NCBI GenBank assembly: GCA_018896645.1
Contig: JAHIMF010000041.1
Location: 1,980-65,979, forward strand
DNA: 64,000 nt
Origin: Patescibacteria group bacterium
Lineage (GTDB): Bacteria; Patescibacteriota; Patescibacteriia; UBA2591; JABMQE01
Direction of reading: 5' to 3'
The notes beneath the pieces are model-generated. The model worked only from the letters and a program-made list of their open reading frames with translations. It did no database searches and had not been told where the DNA came from. Below are positions 29,947-39,554 of this stretch, in pieces. A program made the translations under genes and the position numbers. Numbering within the stretch: the stretch's first letter is position 1; each line of letters starts with the position of its first letter.

Positions 29947-32151
29947 ATGTCCCGTCTTGAAAGTATTTATGTCAATATCATAAAATTTGGAACCTATGTT
30001 ATTCTTTTTGTTCCATTGCTTATCACTAAGCAATTTTATTTTCCTTATATTTTTGGCAAGGCAATTACTATCCGGTCTATCGTTGAGATAATGGCAGTTG
30101 TTTATATTCTTTTGGTTTTGCATAATCCTCGCTTCAAGCCGCGATGTTCGTTATTATTCTGGGGGGTTGTTGTTTTTATGGGCGTAAAAGTCTTAAGCAC
30201 CCTTATGGGCGTCAATGTCTATCATAGTTTTTGGAGTAATTACGAGCGGATGGAAGGGCTTCTGACCTTGCTGCATTTTGGAATATTATTTGTGATTGTC
30301 AGTGGTGTTTTTAAAGAAAAAAAGGAATGGCTGACATTATTTAGAATAGCCGTTAGCGCCAGTTTTTGCGTGGCTTTATATGGATTGGGACAAAAATTAG
30401 GCCTTTCTTCATTGCTTCATTCTGACATTGAAAAAATTGACAGTACTATTGGCAACTCGTCTTACGTAGCAATCTATCTAGTAATGAATTTTTTTATTAC
30501 TGTCTACCTGTTTATTAAAGACCGGAATCTTTTTTGGCGGATATTTTATGGAATAATATTGCTTCTGGATGTAATAATTATTTTTTTCACAGCCAGCCGG
30601 GGTGGTATGCTGGGACTATTGGGCGGAATTTTTCTTTTGTTGATTTTTGTAGTGTTTTTTACTCCTATCGGGTTGGTCAAAAAAGGCTATAAATATTCAG
30701 CAATAGGAACAGTTATTTTTTTAATTTTGACTGTAGGCACAATTTATTTAAATAAAGGCAAAGAGTTCATAAATAATATTCATGTTTTAAGAAAACTGAC
30801 CACCATCTCTTTTGCTGACAGAACCATCCAGGATCGTTTTATTAATTGGAATATTGGCTGGCAGGGCTGGAAGGAGCGGCCAATATTAGGTTATGGTCCG
30901 GAAAATTATTATGTGTCGTTTAATAAGTATTATAATTCACGGACAAGTGAACCTTGGTTTGATCGGGCCCATAATATCATTTTTGATCAGCTCAATTCCA
31001 GTGGGATTTTAGGCCTTGCCAGTTACTTGTTTATTCTTTGTGTTAGTTTATATTATCTTTGGAAAAAGAGAAATAGGGATTTTTGGCTTTCAGTTAGTTT
31101 TATTGGGCTGATTTTCGGTTATTTTTTTGCTAACCTTTTTGTTTTTGATAATTCCAGCACCTATGCGATATTCTTTTTAGTTTTGGCTTTTATAAACTTT
31201 ATAGTTTCGGGTCAGGAAGATGCCGAAGACGAACAAGCAGAACCTTCTAGAAAATCAGTTAGTGTTTTTATACCCTTGGGTCTATTAGCTGTTCTAACGT
31301 TTAGTTTATATTTTTTTAATATCCGCCCGGCGATTGCCAACAATATCGGCATTGAGGCCTACAAATATTCGCGGGTTAATTATTCTAAATCAGTAGATTT
31401 ATTTAAGAAAGCCTTGGCTTACAATACTTTTGGGAATCCGGAAATGAGTTTGCGCATAGGCGATTATGCGCTTCACCTTTTTAATGAGCTTGATGAGGAA
31501 AAAAGGGAAGTAAAAGAAATTCTAGATTTTGCAATCCAGGAGCTGGAGGCAAGTATTAATGAGGAGCCTTTAAATGCTCGATATTATTTGTATGTTGCCA
31601 GTCTATACAATGTGCGTTCCCGGGTTGAAAACCGGGAAGAGAATCTAAATATGGTTCTTAAACATCTTAACAAAGCTAAAGAATTAAGCCCAGAGCGCAT
31701 TGAAGTTTATTTTCAACTGGGACAGATTGCTCTTTCTGCTGGTGACAGAGGACAAGCAGTGAGAGATTTTGAAAAAGCGTTTAAGATTAGACCCGATAGC
31801 AATGACACTCAACTGAATCTTATGTTGGCCTACCTTTATGTTGGAGATAAAGAGAAAATTGATAAACAATTTGAAATTTTAAGAGATTTTGGTTTTGTTG
31901 TTTTGGGCGGTAATCAGGTTGAGAAATTAGTTGCCGCATTATATGCCATAAAAGAACTTGATAAAATTATTCAACTTTTAGAAGCCTACCTGGCAAGTTA
32001 TCCATCGTCAGAGTTTTACGCTAAATTAGCTACGGTTTGTTTGGAAGCGGGGAATAAAGAGAAGGCAAGAGAATATACATTGAAAGCGATGGAGTTAAAT
32101 CCGGACTTGAAAGAAGAAGGAGAAGTTTTTTTAGAACAGTTGGAAGAATAA
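29947..32151 (+). CDS. O-antigen ligase/Wzy-like polytopic membrane domain fused to C-terminal TPR repeats
   Basis: 734 aa ORF. About 12 TM helices including a 'RAHNIIFDQLNSSGILGL' Wzy_C-like loop. Residues ~470-734 form TPR repeats. Confidence 0.65.
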   Translation: MSRLESIYVNIIKFGTYVILFVPLLITKQFYFPYIFGKAITIRSIVEIMAVVYILLVLHNPRFKPRCSLLFWGVVVFMGVKVLSTLMGVNVYHSFWSNYERMEGLLTLLHFGILFVIVSGVFKEKKEWLTLFRIAVSASFCVALYGLGQKLGLSSLLHSDIEKIDSTIGNSSYVAIYLVMNFFITVYLFIKDRNLFWRIFYGIILLLDVIIIFFTASRGGMLGLLGGIFLLLIFVVFFTPIGLVKKGYKYSAIGTVIFLILTVGTIYLNKGKEFINNIHVLRKLTTISFADRTIQDRFINWNIGWQGWKERPILGYGPENYYVSFNKYYNSRTSEPWFDRAHNIIFDQLNSSGILGLASYLFILCVSLYYLWKKRNRDFWLSVSFIGLIFGYFFANLFVFDNSSTYAIFFLVLAFINFIVSGQEDAEDEQAEPSRKSVSVFIPLGLLAVLTFSLYFFNIRPAIANNIGIEAYKYSRVNYSKSVDLFKKALAYNTFGNPEMSLRIGDYALHLFNELDEEKREVKEILDFAIQELEASINEEPLNARYYLYVASLYNVRSRVENREENLNMVLKHLNKAKELSPERIEVYFQLGQIALSAGDRGQAVRDFEKAFKIRPDSNDTQLNLMLAYLYVGDKEKIDKQFEILRDFGFVVLGGNQVEKLVAALYAIKELDKIIQLLEAYLASYPSSEFYAKLATVCLEAGNKEKAREYTLKAMELNPDLKEEGEVFLEQLEE

Positions 32152-32316
32152 TTAATAGAGTTAATATGGTAGTTAATAAAGTAGTTAATAATGGCGACGG
32201 CAGGTCTATTAACCTTATTAACAATTTTATTAACTCTATTAACAACCGTATTAACAATTTGAATAATCAAAATAAGGACTTCAATTCCTTAATTGATAAA
32301 TGAATGAATAGTAACT

Positions 32317-34353
32317 ATGTCTAAAAGATTTTTTTTATTCATATTTTTTTTGATAGCATCATTCTTCACCAGCAATGCAGTTTTTGCTTATCTGCCAACT
32401 GATCCGGGTTTTAGAACCGAACAGTGGTATTTACAGAAAATTAAAGCTTCTCAAGCCTGGGATTTTACTAAGGGTTCGGAAGATATTGTGATAGCAATTT
32501 TAGATTCTGGCGTAGATATTGACCATCCCGATCTTAAAGATAATATTTGGGTTAATGCCGGAGAGATATCAGGGGATGGGATTGACAATGATAATAATGG
32601 TTATATTGACGATATCCATGGCTGGGATTTTGTTGGTAATGACAATAATCCTCAACCTGATATTTTGGGCGTTCCTTATAACGAAGCCGGAGCTAACCAC
32701 GGTACGATTATAGCCGGAGTCTTGGGTGCCCGGGGAGACAATGCTAAAGGTATTGCCGGTATCACCTGGTATTCAAAAATTATGCCTCTGCGGGTGCTTA
32801 ACAGTGTTGGACTTGGTGATTCTGGTGCCGCGGTCCAAGCCATTGATTATGCAATAGTCCAGGGGGCGGATATTATTAACATGAGTTTTGTGGGGCCAGA
32901 CTATAGTTCGGCGATGTACCAAGCGGTTCGACGGGCCTGGGAAAAGGGTATAATTATTGTCGCAGCCGCGGGCAATGATTCAGTTGAGCAAGGTGATGAC
33001 TTGGATACCTATCATAGTTTTCCTGTGTGTTATGATGGGGCGGACAATATGGTCATCGGGGTGGCGGCAGTGGATGACAAGGACCGTAAGTCGGTTTTTT
33101 CAAACTTTGGCAATACCTATGTAGATGTTGCGGCACCGGGTGTTTCTTTTTATAGCACTCTTTTTCAGGACTTTTCTTCTCCTGATTTTCAGAATGAATA
33201 TGGCGGCTATTGGTCTGGGACTTCGGTGGCTACGCCCTTAGTTTCCGGGGCGGCTGCCTTGATTAAATCCTTAAGTCCAAATTTTTCCAATAAAAAAGTG
33301 AGAGATATTATTATTGCAAGCGCAGAGAATATAGATCCTGCTAATCCAGATATCGCTGGCAAGTTGGGTGGGGGTCGGCTTAATCTTTACAAAGCCTTAG
33401 ATTTGGCCTATAGCCAGCTTTTTAATATAGATTTGACTAAAAATATTATCACTGGCGCCGGCATTGGCGGCGGACCACATGTTAGAGTTTTTCAATCATC
33501 AGGCATAGCAATAACTAGCTTTTTTGCCTATGATGAAGGATTCCGGGGGGGTGTAACAGCAGTTGGTTGTGATTTGGATGGCGATGGGACGAGTGAAATT
33601 ATCGCTGGCGCCGGCATTGGCGGCGGACCCCATGTTAGAATTTTTGACCGTAAAGGAAAGCTTATCAATCTTTTTTTTGCTTATGATGAGCGATTTCGCG
33701 GCGGGGTTAATGTTGCTTGTGGTGATTTAGATGGTGACGGCAGGGACGAAATTGTCACTGGCGCCGGCATTGGCGGCGGACCCCATGTGCGTATTTTTAA
33801 TGGGGATGGACAGTTGGTTAATCACTTTTTTGCTTACAGTGAAAATTTTCGCGGCGGGGTGAATGTAGAAGTGGGGGATTTAGATAACAACGGCCGAGCC
33901 GAGATTTTCACTGGGCCCGCTTCCGCCGGCGGTCCCCAGGTTAGAATTTTTGATTGGCATGGGGCAGTGGTTGGCCAATTTTTTGCTTATAAAAAGGATT
34001 TTCGCGGGGGAATAGATATTGGCCTGGGTGATTTAGATGATAATGGCAGCCAAGAGATTATTGTCGGTGTTTCTCGCGGGGGCAGTTCTTATATCCGGGT
34101 TTTTGATCAATCATTTATTTTACGTTATCAATTTTTAGCTTACTTAGATGAATTCCAAGGAGGCGTCAATTTGGCTGTGGCTGACTTAGAGAGTGATGGC
34201 CGGGCCGAGATTATTACTGGTGCTGGCCAAGGCGGCGGTCCCCAAGTGCGGATATTTAATATAGAGGGCAAACCCTTGTCGCAGTTTTTCGCTTATTCTA
34301 AGTATTTTCGTGGGGGAGTGAACGTGGGGACGATGAAGAGTAATGGGGAATAA
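32317..34353 (+). CDS. secreted subtilisin-like serine peptidase (S8) fused to six FG-GAP/beta-propeller-like repeats
   Basis: 678 aa ORF with a signal peptide 'MSKRFFLFIFFLIASFFTSNAVFA'. Catalytic triad motifs 'AILDSGVD', 'HGTIIAGV' and 'GTSVATPLVSGAAAL'. Six ~57-aa repeats of the form 'TGAGIGGGPHVRIF...FFAY...FRGGV...GDLDGDG..EI'. Confidence 0.8.
   Translation: MSKRFFLFIFFLIASFFTSNAVFAYLPTDPGFRTEQWYLQKIKASQAWDFTKGSEDIVIAILDSGVDIDHPDLKDNIWVNAGEISGDGIDNDNNGYIDDIHGWDFVGNDNNPQPDILGVPYNEAGANHGTIIAGVLGARGDNAKGIAGITWYSKIMPLRVLNSVGLGDSGAAVQAIDYAIVQGADIINMSFVGPDYSSAMYQAVRRAWEKGIIIVAAAGNDSVEQGDDLDTYHSFPVCYDGADNMVIGVAAVDDKDRKSVFSNFGNTYVDVAAPGVSFYSTLFQDFSSPDFQNEYGGYWSGTSVATPLVSGAAALIKSLSPNFSNKKVRDIIIASAENIDPANPDIAGKLGGGRLNLYKALDLAYSQLFNIDLTKNIITGAGIGGGPHVRVFQSSGIAITSFFAYDEGFRGGVTAVGCDLDGDGTSEIIAGAGIGGGPHVRIFDRKGKLINLFFAYDERFRGGVNVACGDLDGDGRDEIVTGAGIGGGPHVRIFNGDGQLVNHFFAYSENFRGGVNVEVGDLDNNGRAEIFTGPASAGGPQVRIFDWHGAVVGQFFAYKKDFRGGIDIGLGDLDDNGSQEIIVGVSRGGSSYIRVFDQSFILRYQFLAYLDEFQGGVNLAVADLESDGRAEIITGAGQGGGPQVRIFNIEGKPLSQFFAYSKYFRGGVNVGTMKSNGE
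33448..34353 (+). repeat. tandem ~171-bp intragenic DNA repeats (six units) encoding the FG-GAP-like blades
   Basis: Near-identical DNA stretches such as 'ACTGGCGCCGGCATTGGCGGCGGACCMCATGT' recur at ~33460, 33601, 33761 and 34210. Confidence 0.6.
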
Positions 34354-34406
34354 AGTTATAAGTTATTGGTTAGATATTTATTAATGTTAGAAGGATTGTT
34401 TTCAAC

Positions 34407-34865
34407 ATGGAAATCTTTAGAAAAATCATCAACTTAATTAGAGCCCATCCTTATATTCAAACTCACCACAAGTTAAAGCAATTTATAAAATTTGCTATTG
34501 TGGGGGCTTGTTGCGCTGTGATTGATTTTGGTATTTATTTAATTTTAACCCGCTTTGCCAATTTTAATTATTTAATAGCCAATCTTATATCTTTTTCATT
34601 GGCCGCAACTGCCAATTTTATTTTTAACAAGTTTTGGACTTTTCGGGATTATGCAAAGAAGAGGTTGCATGTGCAGTATATTAAATTCATTATCATTGCA
34701 GTTTGCGGTTTATTTTTAAACGAGTTGATTTTATATTTGCTTACTGACAAACTGGATTTGCACGATATACTTTCTAAAACAGCGGCAACAGTTATTATTC
34801 TTTCTTGGAACTTTACCATGCAGCGGGCCTGGACATTTAAAAATGCAGGTGAACTTTTAGAATGA
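34407..34865 (+). CDS. GtrA-family membrane protein
   Basis: 152 aa ORF with four TM helices. 'FIKFAIVGACCAVIDFGIYLIL' GtrA signature. Confidence 0.7.
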   Translation: MEIFRKIINLIRAHPYIQTHHKLKQFIKFAIVGACCAVIDFGIYLILTRFANFNYLIANLISFSLAATANFIFNKFWTFRDYAKKRLHVQYIKFIIIAVCGLFLNELILYLLTDKLDLHDILSKTAATVIILSWNFTMQRAWTFKNAGELLE

Positions 34866-34900
34866 CTTGTTTTTTAGAATATTTGAGGCTATAATGATAG

Positions 34901-35110
34901 TAACTTATAGTAATAAGCTCGGCTCGCTTCGCCCATTCGGCCCCGAGCTCTCCTCGAGTCTGAGCGACCTCGGAGTCGAAGACATGGCCGAGGGGTCGCC
35001 TTCGCGTAACACAATAGTAATACGATGGTAACTCATTGTTTCCTACAATGTATTACTATTGTATTACGCGAGTCCTGACGAAGTCAGGACGAGCTTATTA
35101 CTATAAGTTA
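34901..35110. repeat. MITE-like element, family D (full copy): 21-bp terminal inverted repeats TAACTTATAGTAATAAGCTCG with a GC-rich nested-hairpin interior
   Basis: TIR at 34901-34921 and its exact reverse complement at 35090-35110. Nested IRs include CGCGTAACACAATAGTAATA/TATTACTATTGTATTACGCG and GTCCTGACGAAGTCAGGAC. Interior is ~60% GC in a ~33% GC genome. Confidence 0.55.
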
Positions 35111-35173
35111 CCACCCTCTGTTCACTGCAATTATTTTTTAAATTTTGAAATTCTAATTTTTAATTCCAATCAT

Positions 35174-36235
35174 ATGCCTGAAAATTTTGTTTCTGGAAAA
35201 AAAAATGTTTTAGTAACAGGCGGAGCTGGCTTTATTGGCTCCCACCTTTGTGAAAAACTAGTTAAAAATAATCATGTACTTTGCCTTGATAATTTTAGCA
35301 CGGGGCAAGAAAGTAATATTGATCATTTGATTCAAAATCCTGATTTTAAGTTCATTAAACATGACATTACCGAACCAATAGATTTAGAAAAATCCCGCGA
35401 GGCCCAGATGTTTAAAATTGAATTTCAGGGTATCCAGGAAATTTATCATCTGGCTTGTCCAACCTCTCCCAAGGAGTACAATAAATACCCAATTGAAACC
35501 TTACTGGCTAATTCTTACGGCGTAAAAAATACTCTTGATTTGGCAATTAAATATAAAGCCAAATTTTTATTTAGCTCGACTGATGCTGTCTACGGCGAAC
35601 CCCAACCGAACCAGGAGCCTTTTAAAGAAGATTATTGGGGCTATGTTAATCATTTGGGTCCCCGGGGTTGCTATGATGAGGGTAAACGATTTGCCGAAAC
35701 TTTAATTGTTAACCATCGAAAAAAATTTAATATTGATACTAAAATTGCAAGAATTGCCAATACTTTTGGTCCTTTGATGAGACTTGATGATGGCCGAGTG
35801 ATTCCGGATTATATTAATTCGGCATTAAAGGGCAAGCCAATACTTATCCATGGTGATCAAAACACGGTCAGCACCTTTCTGTATATCAGCGATTTAATTG
35901 ATGCCCTAACCAAGATGATGGCCTCCAGCGAACCGGGACCTATTAATATTGGGAGTGCCGAAGAATATAGATTAGAGGATATAGCTAAACAAATTATAGA
36001 TCTGGCGGGTTCAAAATCAAAAACAGCATTTGAGGCTCCGCCGCCATATACCACAGTTCAGAATGTGCCAGATTTAACTTTAGTCAAAGAAAAGCTTGGT
36101 TGGTTTCCACTTGTGAAATTAGAAGAGGGTTTAAAGGAAACTATTGAAAAGATGCGAGGCGCAAAAGTGATCAAACCTCTGACTCCCTTTGATATAGTTG
36201 GCGCCCCCCAGCCTAAAGAGGAAGAGGATGAATAG
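35174..36235 (+). CDS. UDP-glucuronate decarboxylase (UDP-xylose synthase)-like short-chain dehydrogenase
   Basis: 353 aa from the ATG at 35174; the ORF-track start at 35036 lies inside the upstream repeat. 'VTGGAGFIGSHLCEKL', 'YHLACPTSP' and 'YDEGKRFAETL' match UXS-type enzymes. Confidence 0.75.
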   Translation: MPENFVSGKKNVLVTGGAGFIGSHLCEKLVKNNHVLCLDNFSTGQESNIDHLIQNPDFKFIKHDITEPIDLEKSREAQMFKIEFQGIQEIYHLACPTSPKEYNKYPIETLLANSYGVKNTLDLAIKYKAKFLFSSTDAVYGEPQPNQEPFKEDYWGYVNHLGPRGCYDEGKRFAETLIVNHRKKFNIDTKIARIANTFGPLMRLDDGRVIPDYINSALKGKPILIHGDQNTVSTFLYISDLIDALTKMMASSEPGPINIGSAEEYRLEDIAKQIIDLAGSKSKTAFEAPPPYTTVQNVPDLTLVKEKLGWFPLVKLEEGLKETIEKMRGAKVIKPLTPFDIVGAPQPKEEEDE

Positions 36236-36237
36236 AT

Positions 36238-36969
36238 ATGAAAATATTTATCATAATTCCAGCTTATAATGAAAGAGAGGCTGTTAATAGGGTAATAGAG
36301 AGAGCTCAATGTTATGGGCAGGTGGTGTTAGTTGACGATGGATCAACAGATGATACACTAAAAAGAGTTCAGAGTTGCGGGGTGCTCACACTGCGGCATT
36401 GCGTTAATTGTGGCCAGGGCGCAGCTTTAAAAACCGGCATTGATTACGCTTTAGCTAGTGGAGCCGAGATTATTGTAACCATGGATTCTGACGGTCAGCA
36501 CCGGCCAGAAGAGATTCCTCAGATAGTGAAGCCGATTGAGAGGGGTGAAGTAGATATTGTTTTGGGTTCTAGATTTTTGGAAGTTAGCACAAATGGCACC
36601 CCGCACAACTCACTTCGTTCGTATGCAGGGCGGGCAAAAGACCACAAAGACTGCATGAAATTTAAAATACCTTTTTCAAAAGAGTGGTTGGTCTTAAAAC
36701 CAGCGATTTTTTTTGAAAGGCTCTTTACGGGGTTAAAACTGACTGATGTTCATCAGGGGTTCCGGGCAATGTCCCGTGAAGCCGCCAAAAAAATTCAAAT
36801 AACCCAAGATAAAATGGCGCATGCCACTGAAATTATTTCAGAAATTAAAAGAAATAAATTACGTTGCAAAGAAGTGCCGGTAACTGTGGTTTATAATGAA
36901 TATGGGCAGGGGATGGGAGGTGCCTGGAAGATTTTGAAAGATTTGTTTTTCAAGAAAATAGTATATTGA
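36238..36969 (+). CDS. glycosyltransferase family 2 (DPM1-like)
   Basis: 243 aa ORF. 'IIIPAYNEREAV', 'LVDDGSTDDT' and 'DSDGQH'. Confidence 0.75.
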   Translation: MKIFIIIPAYNEREAVNRVIERAQCYGQVVLVDDGSTDDTLKRVQSCGVLTLRHCVNCGQGAALKTGIDYALASGAEIIVTMDSDGQHRPEEIPQIVKPIERGEVDIVLGSRFLEVSTNGTPHNSLRSYAGRAKDHKDCMKFKIPFSKEWLVLKPAIFFERLFTGLKLTDVHQGFRAMSREAAKKIQITQDKMAHATEIISEIKRNKLRCKEVPVTVVYNEYGQGMGGAWKILKDLFFKKIVY

Positions 36970-37083
36970 TTAATTGTTACATTGCTAAATTATTGCATTG
37001 CTGATGTGGATGATTGCTAACAATTTAGCAATTTGACAATGTAACAATTGGAACTAATTAATAATGGGCTAACAATTCTAACC

Positions 37084-37419
37084 ATGTTACCTCAACAAAT
37101 CATTGCTATTATTTTAATCCTAATCATTTTTTCGCGCATCGTTGTCCGTTTCCGTCGCAAGGAGATTTCTAAAAAAGAATTTGGCATTTGGACGGTTTTT
37201 TGGTTGTTGGCTTTGGGGGTAGTTTTATTTCTGCGCCAGGTCGATGCCTTTGTCCGGAGTATTGGTATTGTCGGCCGGGGGATTGATGTTATTGTTTATG
37301 TTTCCATTGCATTGATTTTTTATTTAATTTTTAGAATTATTGTGCGTTTGGATAAAATTGAACGGGAGATTACCAGGGTGGTGCGGAAAGTGGCGCTGGA
37401 TGAGGCGGACAAAAAGTAG
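37084..37419 (+). CDS. small membrane protein (DUF2304-like, GT2-associated)
   Basis: Two TM helices. The ORF track starts at a TTG at 37048; the first ATG (MLPQQ...) is at 37084. Confidence 0.4.
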   Translation: MLPQQIIAIILILIIFSRIVVRFRRKEISKKEFGIWTVFWLLALGVVLFLRQVDAFVRSIGIVGRGIDVIVYVSIALIFYLIFRIIVRLDKIEREITRVVRKVALDEADKK

Positions 37420-37467
37420 GGGTTTATTGCATAAACCCCTATGGATTTACATTTGGAATATGAATAT

Positions 37468-37516
37468 AAAAAAAGACCGAGGTCATCGCTTCTGCTGATG
37501 AACCTCGGTTTTTTGG
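37468..37516. terminator. bidirectional rho-independent terminator between convergent genes
   Basis: AAAAAAA-GACCGAGGTCATC-gcttctgct-GATGAACCTCGGTT-TTTTTGG: a GC stem flanked by an A-run and a T-run. Confidence 0.5.
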
Positions 37517-37549
37517 ACTTTTTGGTGGAAAGGAAGATATAGAAACAAT

Positions 37550-38314
37550 CTATTTCCTTGTCAAAAACGTTGTTCCGGGGTAAGAATCTCTGGGCCCATT
37601 TATCCTTTTTAATAAAATACTAGGTTCCTTGCCGTTAATTAGGGCTACTTCCACCTCTTTTGCGGTAGCGAGTTTTGCGGCTTCTATTTTGCTTAGCATC
37701 CCACCGCGGCTAATCGTAGAATCTGTTTTTTTAGCCAGTTGGATAATCCCTTTATCAATCAGAGGGACTTCTTTGATTAGTTCTGCCTCTGGTAACCCAT
37801 AATCACAGAATAGACCATCTACATCAGTCATAATAACCAGTATATCAGCTTTAATTAGCACTGCTATTTTAGCAGACAGTTTGTCATTATCAGCCAGATC
37901 TTTTAAAGCTTTAAGCTCCTCATCCATAACGGCGTCATTGGCATTGACTATGGTCACTTCCCCCCACTTAAATCCTTGCAAAAGTCTTTCTTGAGTGCAA
38001 AACTTATGATCATCTTCAAGATCGTAATAGGTGTAAAGGGCTTGGCCAATGCGAATTGACAGTTGGTCAAAAAAACGGGAATAGACATTCATTAATCTAT
38101 TTTGACCCACCATAGCGGCTCGCGCCGGGGGGTATCCCTTGTCTTTAATCATCCCGGTAGCTACGGCTCCAGAGGTGACCAAGATAATTTCATGACCTTG
38201 TTGATGTAATGTCCCAATTTGCTGAACAAGATGGCCAATAAAAGTTTCATCCAAGCCACTGGTCGTTTGAGCACTGCTTAACAATGAGCTTCCCACTTTG
38301 ATTACTATCCTCAT
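37550..38314 (-). CDS. amino-acid-kinase family protein (glutamate 5-kinase-like, no PUA domain)
   Basis: 254 aa ORF. 'IVIKVGSSLL' and 'GHEIILVTSGAVATG...NDKLSAKIAVLIKADILVIMTDVDGLF' are collinear with ProB-type kinases. Isopentenyl-phosphate kinase cannot be excluded. Confidence 0.45.
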   Translation of the reverse strand: MRIVIKVGSSLLSSAQTTSGLDETFIGHLVQQIGTLHQQGHEIILVTSGAVATGMIKDKGYPPARAAMVGQNRLMNVYSRFFDQLSIRIGQALYTYYDLEDDHKFCTQERLLQGFKWGEVTIVNANDAVMDEELKALKDLADNDKLSAKIAVLIKADILVIMTDVDGLFCDYGLPEAELIKEVPLIDKGIIQLAKKTDSTISRGGMLSKIEAAKLATAKEVEVALINGKEPSILLKRINGPRDSYPGTTFLTRK

Positions 38315-38420
38315 TGATTTCCTCCCGTTTAGTTATTTTTGTGTAGGAAAAACTTGTTTAAAGACCTTATCACACCTCACAAATCTTGTCAAGACCCTTC
38401 TAAAATGCTACAATTATCCT

Positions 38421-39524
38421 ATGAAAAAGGCAGCCGTGATAATTGTTACATACAATGCGGAAAAGTATATTGAGCCACTTTTTGAGAGCTTAGCTAAGCA
38501 AGATTATCCTAAAGATGATTTTAGGCTTTTTTTGGTTGAGAATAAATCCGAGGATAAAACAATAGCAGAGATTAAAAAATGGGTTGATGCAGAGATAAAT
38601 AGGAATGGCTCTAATATTTCTAATAAATCTAATATCTTGAATAAGGATTTTTTGGATGTGGAGATTATTGAGAATAAGAAGAATCTGGGTTTTGCTGGGG
38701 GATATAATGTCGGAATGAATAAATCGTTGGATAGGGGATTTGATTATATTGTTTTATTAAATCAGGACATGGAAGTGGATGAGCACTGGCTAAGCGAGAT
38801 GGTGAAAAAAGTAGAATCAGACAAAAGTATCGGTGCAGTGCAATCCCTGATGTTGCTCACTAAAAAACGAGACAAAATAAATTCAACAGGTGAGCGTTTA
38901 AATTATTTAGGCATTGGATATAGTGGTAATTATCAATTATTAATTATCAATTATCAACCCAAGGATAACATAATCAGCTATGCTAGCGGTGCAGCCGTAT
39001 TATTCAAGTCAGACGTGCTCAAACGCGTTGGCTTATTCGACGAGTCATTTTTTATGTATCACGAGGATTCAGATTTGAGCTGGCGAGTTCGTCTGGCTGG
39101 TTATGACATTGTTTTAGCAGATAAGGCGATTGTTTATCATGATTATAAATTTAATCGTAATCCCAAGACATTTTATTGGACCGAGAAAAATCGTTTAACG
39201 TTTCTTTTGAAGAATTTTGAATTTAAGACATTAGTATTAATTTTTCCAATATTTGCGGTTATGGAATGCGGGATGTTGTTGCACGCGTTAGTAACCGGCT
39301 GGTTTTGGCAGAAGATCAAAAGTTATGGCTGGGTTTTGCGAAATTTAGGCAATATTTTAAAGTCAAGAAAAGAGGTGCAGGAATTGCGCAAGGTGCGTGA
39401 TCGTGATTTAAAAAAGTATTTGGTGGCAGGAATAGAGTTTGGAGGGCTGGAGAATGTATTGCTTAAATATGTGGCTAATCCAGTGTTAAAATTATACTGG
39501 TGGGTTGTGAAGAGGCTTATCTAA
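38421..39524 (+). CDS. glycosyltransferase family 2
   Basis: 368 aa from the ATG at 38421 (MKKAAVIIVTYNAEKYI). 'LVENKSEDKT' and 'LLNQDMEVDEHW' GT2 DXD region. Confidence 0.7.
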   Translation: MKKAAVIIVTYNAEKYIEPLFESLAKQDYPKDDFRLFLVENKSEDKTIAEIKKWVDAEINRNGSNISNKSNILNKDFLDVEIIENKKNLGFAGGYNVGMNKSLDRGFDYIVLLNQDMEVDEHWLSEMVKKVESDKSIGAVQSLMLLTKKRDKINSTGERLNYLGIGYSGNYQLLIINYQPKDNIISYASGAAVLFKSDVLKRVGLFDESFFMYHEDSDLSWRVRLAGYDIVLADKAIVYHDYKFNRNPKTFYWTEKNRLTFLLKNFEFKTLVLIFPIFAVMECGMLLHALVTGWFWQKIKSYGWVLRNLGNILKSRKEVQELRKVRDRDLKKYLVAGIEFGGLENVLLKYVANPVLKLYWWVVKRLI

Positions 39525-39554
39525 ATCACGAATATTAAGGCTGTTTGAAAATTG

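Noticed and set aside
33448-34353. Possible CRISPR-like periodic repeats
   Set aside because: The ~171-bp periodicity is protein-coding (FG-GAP-like blades in frame within the S8 peptidase ORF). There is no short-spacer architecture and no cas genes.
35036-35173. Upstream extension of the UXS-like ORF (MFPTMYYYCITRVL...)
   Set aside because: It is encoded by the MITE family D element, has no SDR motif, and the conserved Rossmann motif begins right after the ATG at 35174. It is most likely a read-through artefact of ORF calling.
37048-37083. TTG start for the small membrane protein given in the ORF track
   Set aside because: The TTG lies inside the CAATGTAACAATTGG palindrome. The first ATG at 37084 (MLPQQIIAIILILII) begins the hydrophobic core and is more plausible.
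38298-38420. Upstream extension of the GT2 ORF (MITILIDFLPFSYF...)
   Set aside because: It overlaps the divergent promoter region of the amino-acid-kinase gene. The GT2 homology starts at MKKAAVIIVTYN (ATG at 38421).
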